DNA from: an uncultured virus (IMG/VR IMGVR_UViG_3300009838_000017)
Lineage: Duplodnaviria > Heunggongvirae > Uroviricota > Caudoviricetes
Direction: 5' to 3' (one strand)
Virus record (IMG/VR): IMGVR_UViG_3300009838_000017
Location: 62,001-126,000 of that record
Length of the DNA: 64,000 nt
Position numbers and translations under genes: made by a program. The notes below the pieces were generated by a model. That model saw only the letters and a program-made list of their open reading frames with translations, was not told the origin of the DNA and made no database searches. Below are positions 48,444-57,658 of the stretch, piece after piece. Numbering within the stretch: the first letter of the stretch is position 1; every line of letters starts with the position of its first letter.

Positions 48444-51400
48444 CAGTGAAACTTCTCCCGACGCTTGTACTCGTAGACACCCTCAGCCACCTTGGCCTTG
48501 ATGAGATTGGCGAGGTCGGCCCCTCCGATCCCATTCACATTGACCGTGATGTTGCCTGCCCCTCCCTGCCCCCCACCGGCAGGAATGATCCTCTCCCCCT
48601 TCCCAATGGAGGCCAGACCCTCACCTGGAGCTGGATTGATTGTGGCTAGGCCCCCACCAACACTGGTAACCACACCACCTTCAGCGTTATCATTCAGGAA
48701 CCCAGGCTTGTACCCCTTTGCCGCCTTGAAAGCCTCCGCCTGCTTCCCGGCATCAAGCCCTGAGTTCTCCATCTTCTCAAGGACCTTGTTTGGGTCCTCA
48801 GCGGTATAGACAGCGAACTCGAAAAGGGCGACTCGAACAGCGTCAAGGACACTCTTCTCGATGTTGGTGTCCTCCTTGAACCGCTGGGGGTTGAGCCTGA
48901 TACCCTTCTGCTTCATCAGGTCCCAGAGGTCCTGGAGATTCCTGACGGTGTCCCTCCCCGTGATGTCAATCATGCTGACGACTTCTTGGGTCCCCTTGTC
49001 AGGGGTAGAAGACATCATCGGCCCGTTGACGTTGCTCATCGGGGCCAGGGTCGGGCTGAAGTTGGACCCTGGGGTCGAGGTGGCTGGGGTAGCGGCTGGG
49101 GCAGCGGTAGAAGTCGTGACTGCCCCAGCGTTTCCAGGATCGGCGGCCTTGGCAGTAGCGGCTGCCTGACCTGTTGGGGAAGGTGGGGCTGGGGCTCCCG
49201 GAGCGGCTGGCTTGGCTTCAGCCCCTCCCTTGGCCTTGGCCTTGGCAGCCTCTTCAGCAGCAGCCTTCTCCTTGGCCGCCTTGGCCTTGGCTGCGTCAGT
49301 GGACTCAGCAACCTTTGCAGGCCCCTGGCCTTTGAGGATGTCCATATTGGGAAGAGTCTGAGCCAATCCCTCTGGACTCATAGCCCGGAGGGACTTTTGG
49401 ATGAACTCCTTGTAGTCCTTCTCCTCAAAACCAGCCTCTCTCATGGCTCTTTGGACACTGATTAGGGTTGCCCCACCATCCTTCTTCGATTGGGCTTCCT
49501 GTGCAGCAAGGGACTCGTCAAACTTCTTCTTCTTCGCAGCATCGATCCCTGTCATTCCGACAGTTTTCTTGCCTCCCTCAGTGGTATCCAAGCCTCCACG
49601 AACAAGAACGTCACTCAAGGCATTCTGCATTGAGGGGTTCTTCTGCATCGTAGTGAGTTTACTGAACCGCTCCTCAAAGCCCTTATTGAAGTCCCCCAGC
49701 TCTTCTTTGGTCATAGACCGACCGAGGGTCTTCTCATGTGCCGCAATAGAAGCTGTTCGGCTCGCTTCTTTGTCCTTGGCTCCGGACTCACTCAATGCCT
49801 TGTCAAGAACAGGACCAACTGTTTCAATCCACCTGGCTGCCTTACCCCCAGCGGTTGTTTCGTTCCTACCAGCCTCCACCATGGCGTCGATGAGCTTGGC
49901 GTTCCCCTCGGTCTTGGTCTTTGAGAGAGCATCGTCAACCGCTTTGGCTTGCTTCCTTGGATCAGTCTTATTCCACCACCCGGCAACCAGGTCGATGAAC
50001 TCGTTGATGTCCTCAAGGATCCTCTTGAGTTTGACGTAGAGAAACTCGAAGATACCCTCGATGACCATCTCTATCTTGTCGGAGATGCTGGTTGTGGCCT
50101 TGAAGGTCTCAGCAGCGTAGTCTGTCTGCTCTTGGGCGGCTGCCAGGTTGTCCTGAGCACTCTTCTCCATCGTGGCGATGACATCTGCATCATCGGCTGC
50201 CTTGATGGCCTTCTCATCTTTGAGGCCCATGGCATCCATGCGGGCAAGCATCTGCTTGTCCCCCTCAGTCAACTCCTGTGGTGGCTTCTTGAGGAGCTTG
50301 ATCATCTCCTCCTTCTGGTCATCTACGGCGGCCTCCAACTTCGCCATCCCCCGGAACTGCTCCAGCGAGACACCGGCTGCCTTACGGGCAGCAAAGGCTT
50401 GGACCCCAGTCATGTCCCGGAGCTTCCCACCACCACCGAAGCGCTGTAGGGCCTTCTTGGTCAGGGTAAGAGCACCAGCAGCCGAGAGGTTGGAGGCTGC
50501 CTCCTGGATGCCCATGATCCCGCCCTTCTCAAGGGCGTTCTTGTCCATTTTGGCCTCTGCCAAGAAGCTCTTGAAGGCTGCCCTCTGGTTCTCGGGGACC
50601 TTCTGCAACATCGCATCAAGCTCACTACCACCCTTATCAACTGCCTTCTTGACCTCTTCAACGGTCATACCAGCAGAGGAGGCCATGTCAGCGTAGGCTA
50701 GCTTCGACTTCCGGGCGAGGTCCTTGGTCACAATGTCCTTGGTGGCACCCTCACCCGCCAAGAGCGTCATGCGGAGTCGCTCTTCCTCGGACATCTGCTT
50801 CATGCCCTGCATGGCGGTCTGGAAGAACTTCTGGGCCTCCCTCGGGTTCATCACCTTCCCGAGGAGCTTGAGCATCGTGGCAGCCTGACCAATACGTGTC
50901 GTGTAGAGACCAAGGTCAGCGGAAACACCTCGAAGGATGGCGAAGAACTTGTTGGTAGCCATCCCGGATTCGTTGGCCTCCTTCGTCATCCGGGCGAACT
51001 CCAACTTGAGGCCAGACAAGCTGGTCCCCATCTCGGTGAACATCTCCCCTTGGAGGTCAGTGATCTCGTTGATGCTCACACCCATGAGCCGTGAGTAGGC
51101 AAAGCTCATCCGGGCCATATCGCCAAAACCCTTGATCTGACGAGCTGCCTGGTCGGAAGAGTCCCCAGCGTTCTTGAACGCCTGGGTCATGCTCTTGAGT
51201 GTGATCCCCTGCTGGGCCAAGGCGTTGGTGGTCTTGATGATGTCATCTGCCTTGGTGCCCCACTTGAAGTTCTCACCTATGTCAGTGGCATCCTTCCTGA
51301 CCTGGTCCAGGGTTGAGTCCAGCTTGCGGAAGGCACCCTCCGACTTCTTCCCACCCTCATACAGGAACTCAGCGGCCGAGGCCCCATCAAGGAGGTTCTT

Positions 51401-52366
51401 GTTCATCTCCTTGGCAGCCGACTCAGCATCCAGGGCAATCTTGACGATGGCAGCAAAGATGGCGGCCGAGGCACTGAGGATGGGTCCCATCTTGGCAAGG
51501 GTACCAACGAGAGGGCCGATGGATTTCATCATCCCGCCAATGCCCTTCATGGCGGAACCTAGGCCCTGCATCCCGGCCCCGGCAAAGCCCTTCATGTCTT
51601 TGCCCTTGTTCTTCATCTCTTGCCCCTTATCCTGAAGGGCAAACCCACCCTTCAGAATCTTGGGCAACGCTACGGCACCAGCCTTCTTGAAGACCGAGGC
51701 GGACATCTTGAGTCCAGCCTTGGCAATCCCAAGAACGTCCTTGCCCTTGAGGGAGTCGATACCGTCCTTGAACCCCTCGAAGAGTTCCTCGCCCATGCTG
51801 TAGGACTGAGCTGCATCCAGGGTGTCTTTCAGCCCCTTGGCAGTGGCACCCTTACTCTCTGCCCTACGCTGGATCTCATTGTGGACCCCAGTCTTCTCCA
51901 TCTTCTTGGAGAGGATCTTGCTCTTCTCGCTGTAGGACTTCTTGGCCTCTTTGATGACAAGAGAACTCTCCTTTTGGAGGTCCTTGAGGGTCTCCTGAAG
52001 GGCTGCCTTCCTGGCCTTGTCAGACTCCCTGTTGATGGCTTCCTCAGCCTTGGCAATCTTCTCCCGCTCGGCTGTGACGACCCTGGTGAGGTTCCTAGCT
52101 GCTGACTCGGCCTCAACAAACTGCTTGGAAATAGCCCCCCTGCTCTTCTTCGACATCAAGGACATCATGTCCTTCAGCTCGTCCCCAATCCGACCGACAC
52201 CCTTTTCGGCCTTCTTGAGGGACTTGGAGTCGAAAGCGTCGAACTTCAGCTTCTTGGACACCATCGCCTTGAGCGACTTGTCCATCTTGCTGAGGGCACC
52301 GAGAGCCTTACGAGTCTCAAGCTCGATATTGAACGCTAGTTCGACTTGCTCACGGGTACTCGCCAT
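48443..52366 (-). CDS. Tail tape measure protein, 1307 aa
   Basis: Long Ala/Lys/Met-rich helical ORF after tube and chaperones; C-terminal GERIIP...ITVNVNG motif. Confidence 0.8.
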   Translation of the reverse strand: MASTREQVELAFNIELETRKALGALSKMDKSLKAMVSKKLKFDAFDSKSLKKAEKGVGRIGDELKDMMSLMSKKSRGAISKQFVEAESAARNLTRVVTAEREKIAKAEEAINRESDKARKAALQETLKDLQKESSLVIKEAKKSYSEKSKILSKKMEKTGVHNEIQRRAESKGATAKGLKDTLDAAQSYSMGEELFEGFKDGIDSLKGKDVLGIAKAGLKMSASVFKKAGAVALPKILKGGFALQDKGQEMKNKGKDMKGFAGAGMQGLGSAMKGIGGMMKSIGPLVGTLAKMGPILSASAAIFAAIVKIALDAESAAKEMNKNLLDGASAAEFLYEGGKKSEGAFRKLDSTLDQVRKDATDIGENFKWGTKADDIIKTTNALAQQGITLKSMTQAFKNAGDSSDQAARQIKGFGDMARMSFAYSRLMGVSINEITDLQGEMFTEMGTSLSGLKLEFARMTKEANESGMATNKFFAILRGVSADLGLYTTRIGQAATMLKLLGKVMNPREAQKFFQTAMQGMKQMSEEERLRMTLLAGEGATKDIVTKDLARKSKLAYADMASSAGMTVEEVKKAVDKGGSELDAMLQKVPENQRAAFKSFLAEAKMDKNALEKGGIMGIQEAASNLSAAGALTLTKKALQRFGGGGKLRDMTGVQAFAARKAAGVSLEQFRGMAKLEAAVDDQKEEMIKLLKKPPQELTEGDKQMLARMDAMGLKDEKAIKAADDADVIATMEKSAQDNLAAAQEQTDYAAETFKATTSISDKIEMVIEGIFEFLYVKLKRILEDINEFIDLVAGWWNKTDPRKQAKAVDDALSKTKTEGNAKLIDAMVEAGRNETTAGGKAARWIETVGPVLDKALSESGAKDKEASRTASIAAHEKTLGRSMTKEELGDFNKGFEERFSKLTTMQKNPSMQNALSDVLVRGGLDTTEGGKKTVGMTGIDAAKKKKFDESLAAQEAQSKKDGGATLISVQRAMREAGFEEKDYKEFIQKSLRAMSPEGLAQTLPNMDILKGQGPAKVAESTDAAKAKAAKEKAAAEEAAKAKAKGGAEAKPAAPGAPAPPSPTGQAAATAKAADPGNAGAVTTSTAAPAATPATSTPGSNFSPTLAPMSNVNGPMMSSTPDKGTQEVVSMIDITGRDTVRNLQDLWDLMKQKGIRLNPQRFKEDTNIEKSVLDAVRVALFEFAVYTAEDPNKVLEKMENSGLDAGKQAEAFKAAKGYKPGFLNDNAEGGVVTSVGGGLATINPAPGEGLASIGKGERIIPAGGGQGGAGNITVNVNGIGGADLANLIKAKVAEGVYEYKRREKFH

Positions 52367-52369
52367 AGG

Positions 52370-53668
52370 TCATCTCCGGAATGGGGTCGCCCTTGGCCGT
52401 GGAGGTGGCAGAGGCAAGACCTCGGAGGGGTCACGGTCTGTGGTCCCCACACCAGGATCCTGATAAGTTCCGTCCTGATCCCCGAGGTACTTCTGCATGA
52501 ACCCCTCCATACGCTCATCCATCAGCTCTGGATGCACCATGCGGGAGGCAGCCTGTTGGGCTTCAAGCTGACGCTTCCGCTGGATTCTCTGGGCTACCTC
52601 TTCCTTCGTGAGCCCTGTGAGTTCCGAACTCGCTGCATAGGGGCGGGCCTGCTCCTTCTCACGCTCCCGAGCCAGCTCTTGGATCTTCTTCTGGCGGGCA
52701 GTCATCTCAGACCTGAGTCGAGCTTCTTCACGGGCAACCACCTCATCGTGCCAGTCCTTCTCTCCTCGAAGGTTCTTCTCCAACTGGTCGGCCAACTCCT
52801 CAACAGACCGGGCCACGTTCATGACATAGCGCCCGCTCTCCTTGGCCTTGTCAGGGTCTTCTCGAAGGACCACCTGACGAATGAGCTGGTCCCGACGCTT
52901 GACCCGCTCCTCACGCTCCTTCTGGCGACGGTCCTTGTCCTGGTTGTAGATTTTCTGGATGCCCTTGCCCGCGAAGCAGGACCCGATGAACTTGGCGTTG
53001 TCCCACTCCCTCTCGGCTGAGTCTCGGGTGTCCTCGTAGTAGTTGAGTGCCCTCCAAACGAGTTGGGCGAAGTTGAGACCCAAACGCTCTGTACCCAAGA
53101 TCCCAGTAGAGGTCGAAGACATTGGGTCGAGCCCCCGATACTGAGCCCACCGGAACCTGGAGTAGTTCTCCATCTGGTAGGCTTCGGTCAGGGTCACTGC
53201 CCCAGCCGCCTTGGAGTTGACCTCTGAGAGGTGACGGATGATCTTCCCCCGAGCCCCTGTTGGGAACCCAGAGAAGACCTCTTGGAGCTTTGGGACCCAC
53301 TGGTCTCGGTCGGGCAGGATGTTCTGCCCGTCAATCATGAAGACCCCGTAAGCCATGAAAGCGCTGTAGTAGCGATCCATGGACTTCCCAGTCATCTCCC
53401 CGAGTGTGCCCGAGGCCCACTGAAGGTACTCGAACTCCCGATGGTTGATTGACTTGAAGAGGAACTGAACCCCGTTGATCTCAGCGGGCAAAATGAGAAA
53501 GCCCCTGAACAAGAGGCTTTCCACATCTCGATAGACCTCTGGGTTGACTTCCGGCTCTTTTGGAGCCGGAATCCGAATGTCCTCGGGATCAACCTCGCCG
53601 GATGCTAGGGCCTCTTCGGCCCCCTCGACGATTTCGTTGATCCGGTCGTTGAGGCTAGGCCGTGGCAT
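52370..53668 (-). CDS. Probable tail assembly chaperone/accessory protein, 432 aa
   Basis: Position between tube and tape measure; FLFKSINHRE pattern; coiled-coil C-terminal half. Confidence 0.55.
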   Translation of the reverse strand: MPRPSLNDRINEIVEGAEEALASGEVDPEDIRIPAPKEPEVNPEVYRDVESLLFRGFLILPAEINGVQFLFKSINHREFEYLQWASGTLGEMTGKSMDRYYSAFMAYGVFMIDGQNILPDRDQWVPKLQEVFSGFPTGARGKIIRHLSEVNSKAAGAVTLTEAYQMENYSRFRWAQYRGLDPMSSTSTGILGTERLGLNFAQLVWRALNYYEDTRDSAEREWDNAKFIGSCFAGKGIQKIYNQDKDRRQKEREERVKRRDQLIRQVVLREDPDKAKESGRYVMNVARSVEELADQLEKNLRGEKDWHDEVVAREEARLRSEMTARQKKIQELAREREKEQARPYAASSELTGLTKEEVAQRIQRKRQLEAQQAASRMVHPELMDERMEGFMQKYLGDQDGTYQDPGVGTTDRDPSEVLPLPPPRPRATPFRR

Positions 53669-53676
53669 GGCTTACC

Positions 53677-54858
53677 TCAAAGACGTGGGGGGGCTTTGAA
53701 CCTGGGGTTGATCCCTGCAACCGGGGGCTGCTCGAAGATCCGTTCGGCTGCCTGAGGGTTGACCTTGGCGATGTTCTCGGCCAACTCAGGGATGCCTTCG
53801 GCCAACCTGGTTCCACCCTGGATGGGGGGAGGAGTTGGGTCATCTGGAAGAGCTGCCTGCTGCTCCATCGCCTCGATCTCCTGAGCCCTACGAAGGGCTG
53901 CCGGAGTGGCTGGGATGACCGGGCGGGCCTGCATTGCCGGAGGGGGCTGGGCGGGCTGAGTCGCCTGGGGGACCTGAGCCTGGGGTGGTTGGGGAACCGG
54001 GGAGGCCACCTGGTTCAGAGGCTTCCGGCTCCTCATGAGCACCTCGGGATCGGGATGCTGAAGCTCCGGAGGGAGGTTGGGGCGCACCGGGCGGGCCAGG
54101 GGCACTTCAGGGGCCTCCTGAGGGGGGTTTGCTGGTGCCTGGTGGCTTGGAGCTTGTGCTCGAACCGGAGCCCTCTGAGGGGCTGCTACCGGGACTGGCT
54201 GGGGTTCGGGAACCTCTCCAGGGGGGATCTCCTCCGCCACCTGGGCGAGCTTCTGATCGACCCCTTCCAACTCACCCTTGGACGACCGGGACATATACCC
54301 CACCTCGTCCAGGATCCGACCAACCAGCTCGAAGGGGATTTGCCCTTCAATCTCCTTGGCCTCGATGAGCAGACGGCGGTACTTCTCCTCCGGGGTCTCA
54401 TCGGGGATGGTGAACTCAACCCCTTCAGTGGAAGCCTTCTCAGACTTGGCTACCACCTCGTTGAACTTCCGGAAGGTGGTGTCGATGACTTCCCGAGACC
54501 AGGTTGCCAAGATGTACTCGGAGACGAACTGATGCCGTTCCAAGGCTACAGTCTTGGTTGAAACCTTGCCTGTTCGAGGGTCCGTTTCCTCAACGTCCAC
54601 CTCCACGAAATCATACTCACGGAGAGACTCTCCGTTGATTTCGCAGACGGCACGGGAGATGTGCTCCCGCTTGAAGGCGTTGATGTACTGGAGTTCCTCG
54701 AACTCCTGAGCCGCTTGCATAGCGGCTTCATACTCCTCAGGTCGGAGACTCCTGAGCACTACGTTGCAGTCAGCAACGGTGAACGAAACCTCTACCTCTC
54801 CTACTCGCTGGGCCTTCTTGAGAGCTTCGGTGATCTTCTTCGCTTGCAACTTTGCCAT
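53677..54858 (-). CDS. Probable tail assembly chaperone with Pro-rich tail, 393 aa
   Basis: Position after tube gene; VVLRSLRPEE...ISRAVCEING pattern; long Pro/Gln-rich C-terminus. Confidence 0.6.
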   Translation of the reverse strand: MAKLQAKKITEALKKAQRVGEVEVSFTVADCNVVLRSLRPEEYEAAMQAAQEFEELQYINAFKREHISRAVCEINGESLREYDFVEVDVEETDPRTGKVSTKTVALERHQFVSEYILATWSREVIDTTFRKFNEVVAKSEKASTEGVEFTIPDETPEEKYRRLLIEAKEIEGQIPFELVGRILDEVGYMSRSSKGELEGVDQKLAQVAEEIPPGEVPEPQPVPVAAPQRAPVRAQAPSHQAPANPPQEAPEVPLARPVRPNLPPELQHPDPEVLMRSRKPLNQVASPVPQPPQAQVPQATQPAQPPPAMQARPVIPATPAALRRAQEIEAMEQQAALPDDPTPPPIQGGTRLAEGIPELAENIAKVNPQAAERIFEQPPVAGINPRFKAPPRL

Positions 54859-55097
54859 TCTCGCACCCTACCAGTTTGGGGTTGTGGTGGAGAAGGACAG
54901 CGGTGACGGCAGAGGTGAATGTGTACATCTACATCCCATCTAGTTCGGGGGTCCGATCTAGCCTCCCCGCCCAGAGGACCAAGCGGGGAGAGTGAGGGAA
55001 CAATCTGGGTCTGATCTGATACTTCTACATCTACATCCGTTGCCGCATGTCCAATCTCATCTAAGGCCCCCTCCTTGAAGGGGGCCTATCTCAGCCA
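54859..55097 (-). other. Structured non-coding intergenic element with 13-bp direct repeats and three hairpins (candidate cis-regulatory RNA/ncRNA)
   Basis: TACATCTACATCC at 54924..54936 and 55026..55038; stems at 54940..54961, 54963..54990 and 55064..55087. Confidence 0.55.
55064..55087 (-). terminator. GC-rich hairpin after tube gene (terminator-like, weak U-tract)
   Basis: Perfect 9-bp stem AGGCCCCCT/AGGGGGCCT, 10 nt after the stop codon; no long T run. Confidence 0.5.
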
Positions 55098-55820
55098 TCA
55101 GCCGACGGTTGTTGAGGGCTGTGCTCCTCCGGCGAACCGGAGCGAGTAGCCACCACCAGCGGTTCCACCACCACCGGGGCTGAGGCCCGTGTCGATGAAC
55201 TCACCGTAGGTCGAGAAACCGTCGATGATGTCCGTGACAGTCACCGAAGAGTTCTCAGCCACGATGGCTGCATCGCTCGTGAACGAGGCGGAGTAGCTGT
55301 TGAGCCAGCAACCCTCGTAGAAGGTGAAGAGGGCCTTGATGTCACTCGTGTAGAGGCTCGAAGTACCCTGGGGCTGCTGAACGGCCTTCTTGATGTTCTT
55401 CGAGTCCACACCAACCGTGTCCTCCTTCGAGGACAGCTCGGAGAAGACCAGCTCTTGCTTGATGTCGAACGGCCAGCGGTGATGCCGGAGCGACCTGACC
55501 AGACCTTCGACGCCACCCTTGTACCCGAGCACCTGGAAGATGTTCACGGTGTAGAGCAGGGTCCGGTTCAAGGTCAGGGCCATCGGCTCGGTCACGCCCG
55601 GCACAAGCTCGGCAACCGTGTCACCAAAGCCTACGCCACGGACGGGATCGATGGTCCGGCTCTCATCGAAGCCGAACTCAGAGACCACACCGATCTGTTG
55701 GAACTTGTTCTTTCCAACCATGTAGCCGTAGACCTTGTTCTTCTGGCTGACGGCTACACGAGTGTTGGGGGCGGTCCCCATTCGGTAGATGTAAGTGTTG
55801 AGTTCCCTCGGGTTTCCCAT
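55098..55820 (-). CDS. Tail tube protein, 240 aa
   Basis: IGVVSEF...ESRTIDPVRGVG...ELVPG...LTLNRTLLY...PFDIKQ...YEGCWLNSYS...IVAENSSVTVTD matches the myophage tube pattern; AGGAG RBS; position before chaperones and tape measure. Confidence 0.8.
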   Translation of the reverse strand: MGNPRELNTYIYRMGTAPNTRVAVSQKNKVYGYMVGKNKFQQIGVVSEFGFDESRTIDPVRGVGFGDTVAELVPGVTEPMALTLNRTLLYTVNIFQVLGYKGGVEGLVRSLRHHRWPFDIKQELVFSELSSKEDTVGVDSKNIKKAVQQPQGTSSLYTSDIKALFTFYEGCWLNSYSASFTSDAAIVAENSSVTVTDIIDGFSTYGEFIDTGLSPGGGGTAGGGYSLRFAGGAQPSTTVG

Positions 55821-55839
55821 CGGTCAGGCTCCTCTTTGG

Positions 55840-57402
55840 TCAGGCGGCGAAGTGAGAGTGAACTTTGTCTGCCATGCTGGCGAGCTTCGTGAGGTCGGAT
55901 CGGAGGCTCGGGTTCTTGAGGTCCGACGCCTCAACCAGCTTTGCCAGCTTGATCGAGATGGTGTTCAAGTCCTTCTTGGCAACTTGAGTTCCGGGCAGTC
56001 CACTTGCCTCGACCACCTTCAGAGCACTCTCGACCTTCGCCATGACCGAGTGTGCTAGAGCTTCGTTGATCACCAGAACTTCTTCAGAAGAGATTCGGAG
56101 GGAGGCTTCCTTGTCCTGCCCTTGCTGGTCTTGCTGTTGGTCCTGAGCCTGCTTGGCCTGCTCTTCAGGGGCCTCCTGCTCGTCTTGACCTTGCTGGTCC
56201 TGTCCCTGAGAAGCGACCTTCTTGAAGTCTGTGAGGATCAGGCTTGCCCCGTCCTCATCAGACTTCACCCAGGTCTCACCATCCTTCTTGGCGTCATTGA
56301 GCTTCTTGTACTCCTTCTTGTACTTGAACTCACCCTTCTCAGTAGTGAGTTTCAGCACGTACAGAGGAATCCCAGGACCCTTGATCTCTGTGATGGTGAC
56401 CTTCTTGATGAAGTCGCCCTCGCCATTAGCTGTCCAGGACCCATCCCCCTCATTCCACTTGACGGAGGCTGTAACTGACCAATCCTGTTCAGCAGCGACC
56501 TTGAGGCTGTCGTACTCCCCATCCTCGATGAGCTTCTTCTGGTCGTTGGCGATCTCTTTCGCCAACTCCTCACGAAGTTGCTTCGGGAACATGGTCTTCA
56601 CGTCCCCACCGAACTCACGGACGTACATCTTGGCGCCTTCGTCAACCCAGTACATCCACAACTTGGGGGCGAGAGAGTGGTTGTACTTGCCACCCTTCAT
56701 CTTCCGCATGATGTTCTTGATGATGTCCTGCTTCTGACGATAGAGCCTCGACTCGTTCTCCATGTAGAGTTCGAGTTCCCGCTTGGCATCCTCGTCCACA
56801 GCAGCAGTCTTGCCTGTCACCACCTCACAGAGGCTTGCAGTGAGGCCACGAAGGGTCTCAACCGAGCCCTTGGGGGCAGAGCCAGCCTTGTTGATGGCAT
56901 CAATCGTGGACTCGATGGCTGACAGCTTAGCGCTGAGCCCTTCGGCCTCCGTTTGAGTCACCAGGCCCAGAAGTGCCGCCACGACCCTGTGAAGGCCAGC
57001 GGACTTCTCCTGTTGCTCTTGTCCCTGCCCAGCTTCTTGCTGAAGCGCAGCGACATGCCTCTCGATTTCGTCGATGTGGGTGTGGATAGCTTGGACTGGG
57101 TTCATGCTTGCGCCTCTGAAGTGTAGACGAGAATCAGCAGGGATAAACGGATCACCATGCCCCGCCCATCGTGCCCTGCGAGGACGCAAAAGCCCCTCCA
57201 GAGCTTGCAGGTCAACCTTGATGGTGGTCGAACCTTTGCTTAGGAATCCGTCGAGTGCTTTTCGACAGTCAGTCGAGCTGGAGACAAGAGAGGTCACCAA
57301 CTTCAGGACCGAAACAGACCCGAGATTGAGCTGCCTTCCGTCTGGGAGGTCAACGTAGTCCCGGAACCCGTCGGTAGCGACTGTGATGAGTGAGGGTGCC
57401 AT
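55840..57402 (-). CDS. Modular hypothetical protein with repeated K-x-A junctions (putative processed internal virion protein), 520 aa
   Basis: AGGAG RBS; small domains separated by KSAG, KTAA, KVAA, KVAS, KQAQ and KEAS; Gln-rich linkers; possible second start at 57105. Confidence 0.7.
   Translation of the reverse strand: MAPSLITVATDGFRDYVDLPDGRQLNLGSVSVLKLVTSLVSSSTDCRKALDGFLSKGSTTIKVDLQALEGLLRPRRARWAGHGDPFIPADSRLHFRGASMNPVQAIHTHIDEIERHVAALQQEAGQGQEQQEKSAGLHRVVAALLGLVTQTEAEGLSAKLSAIESTIDAINKAGSAPKGSVETLRGLTASLCEVVTGKTAAVDEDAKRELELYMENESRLYRQKQDIIKNIMRKMKGGKYNHSLAPKLWMYWVDEGAKMYVREFGGDVKTMFPKQLREELAKEIANDQKKLIEDGEYDSLKVAAEQDWSVTASVKWNEGDGSWTANGEGDFIKKVTITEIKGPGIPLYVLKLTTEKGEFKYKKEYKKLNDAKKDGETWVKSDEDGASLILTDFKKVASQGQDQQGQDEQEAPEEQAKQAQDQQQDQQGQDKEASLRISSEEVLVINEALAHSVMAKVESALKVVEASGLPGTQVAKKDLNTISIKLAKLVEASDLKNPSLRSDLTKLASMADKVHSHFAA
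57141..57153 (-). promoter_or_regulatory. Candidate late-promoter motif inside ORF (GATCCGTTTATCC)
   Basis: 35 nt upstream of in-frame ATG 57105, which has an AGAGG RBS. Confidence 0.35.
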
Positions 57403-57431
57403 CTCCTAGAGCAGAAGACGGACAACAAGAT

Positions 57432-57638
57432 TCACCACCCCGGATCCTCATCCGAGGTCCACTCGTTGGGATCCGGGGGAGGACAAGGGATAGTGTCCCT
57501 GGCGAAACCTGGAACTAGCGGGGGAGGGGGTAAAGCATCGACCTCACTCAGAAGGTCCAACCCGTCCTCGGTAAGAGGGTAAAGTCTCTCAACTACACGA
57601 CTTTCTCGTGTCTCTTGGTCGATAGTCACTGGCAACAC
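57432..57638 (-). CDS. Small acidic Pro-rich hypothetical protein, 68 aa
   Basis: ORF fills the intergenic gap on the coding strand; start uncertain. Confidence 0.5.
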   Translation of the reverse strand: MLPVTIDQETRESRVVERLYPLTEDGLDLLSEVDALPPPPLVPGFARDTIPCPPPDPNEWTSDEDPGW

Positions 57639-57658
57639 GATAACCCCCTGGGTTGCCC

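Noticed and set aside
48443..52366. Many K-x-A motifs in the tape measure protein as cleavage sites
   Set aside because: The protein is very Lys/Ala-rich, so such motifs are expected by chance and do not mark domain borders
53669..53700. Programmed frameshift (C7 run) joining the two chaperone genes, as in lambda G/GT
   Set aside because: A TAA at 53672..53674 is in frame with the downstream gene just before its ATG, so a fusion cannot be made
54859..55097. Read-through extension of the tube protein, or a CRISPR-like mini-array
   Set aside because: Two in-frame stops (TGA then TAG) follow the tube gene; the repeat is only 13 bp in two copies and no cas genes are present
24211..55820. Bacterial eCIS/tailocin or T6SS locus rather than a phage
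   Set aside because: No host genes, regulators or Afp15-type ATPase; 64 kb of uniform single-strand layout with very large structural proteins fits a large phage better, although capsid genes are outside the window
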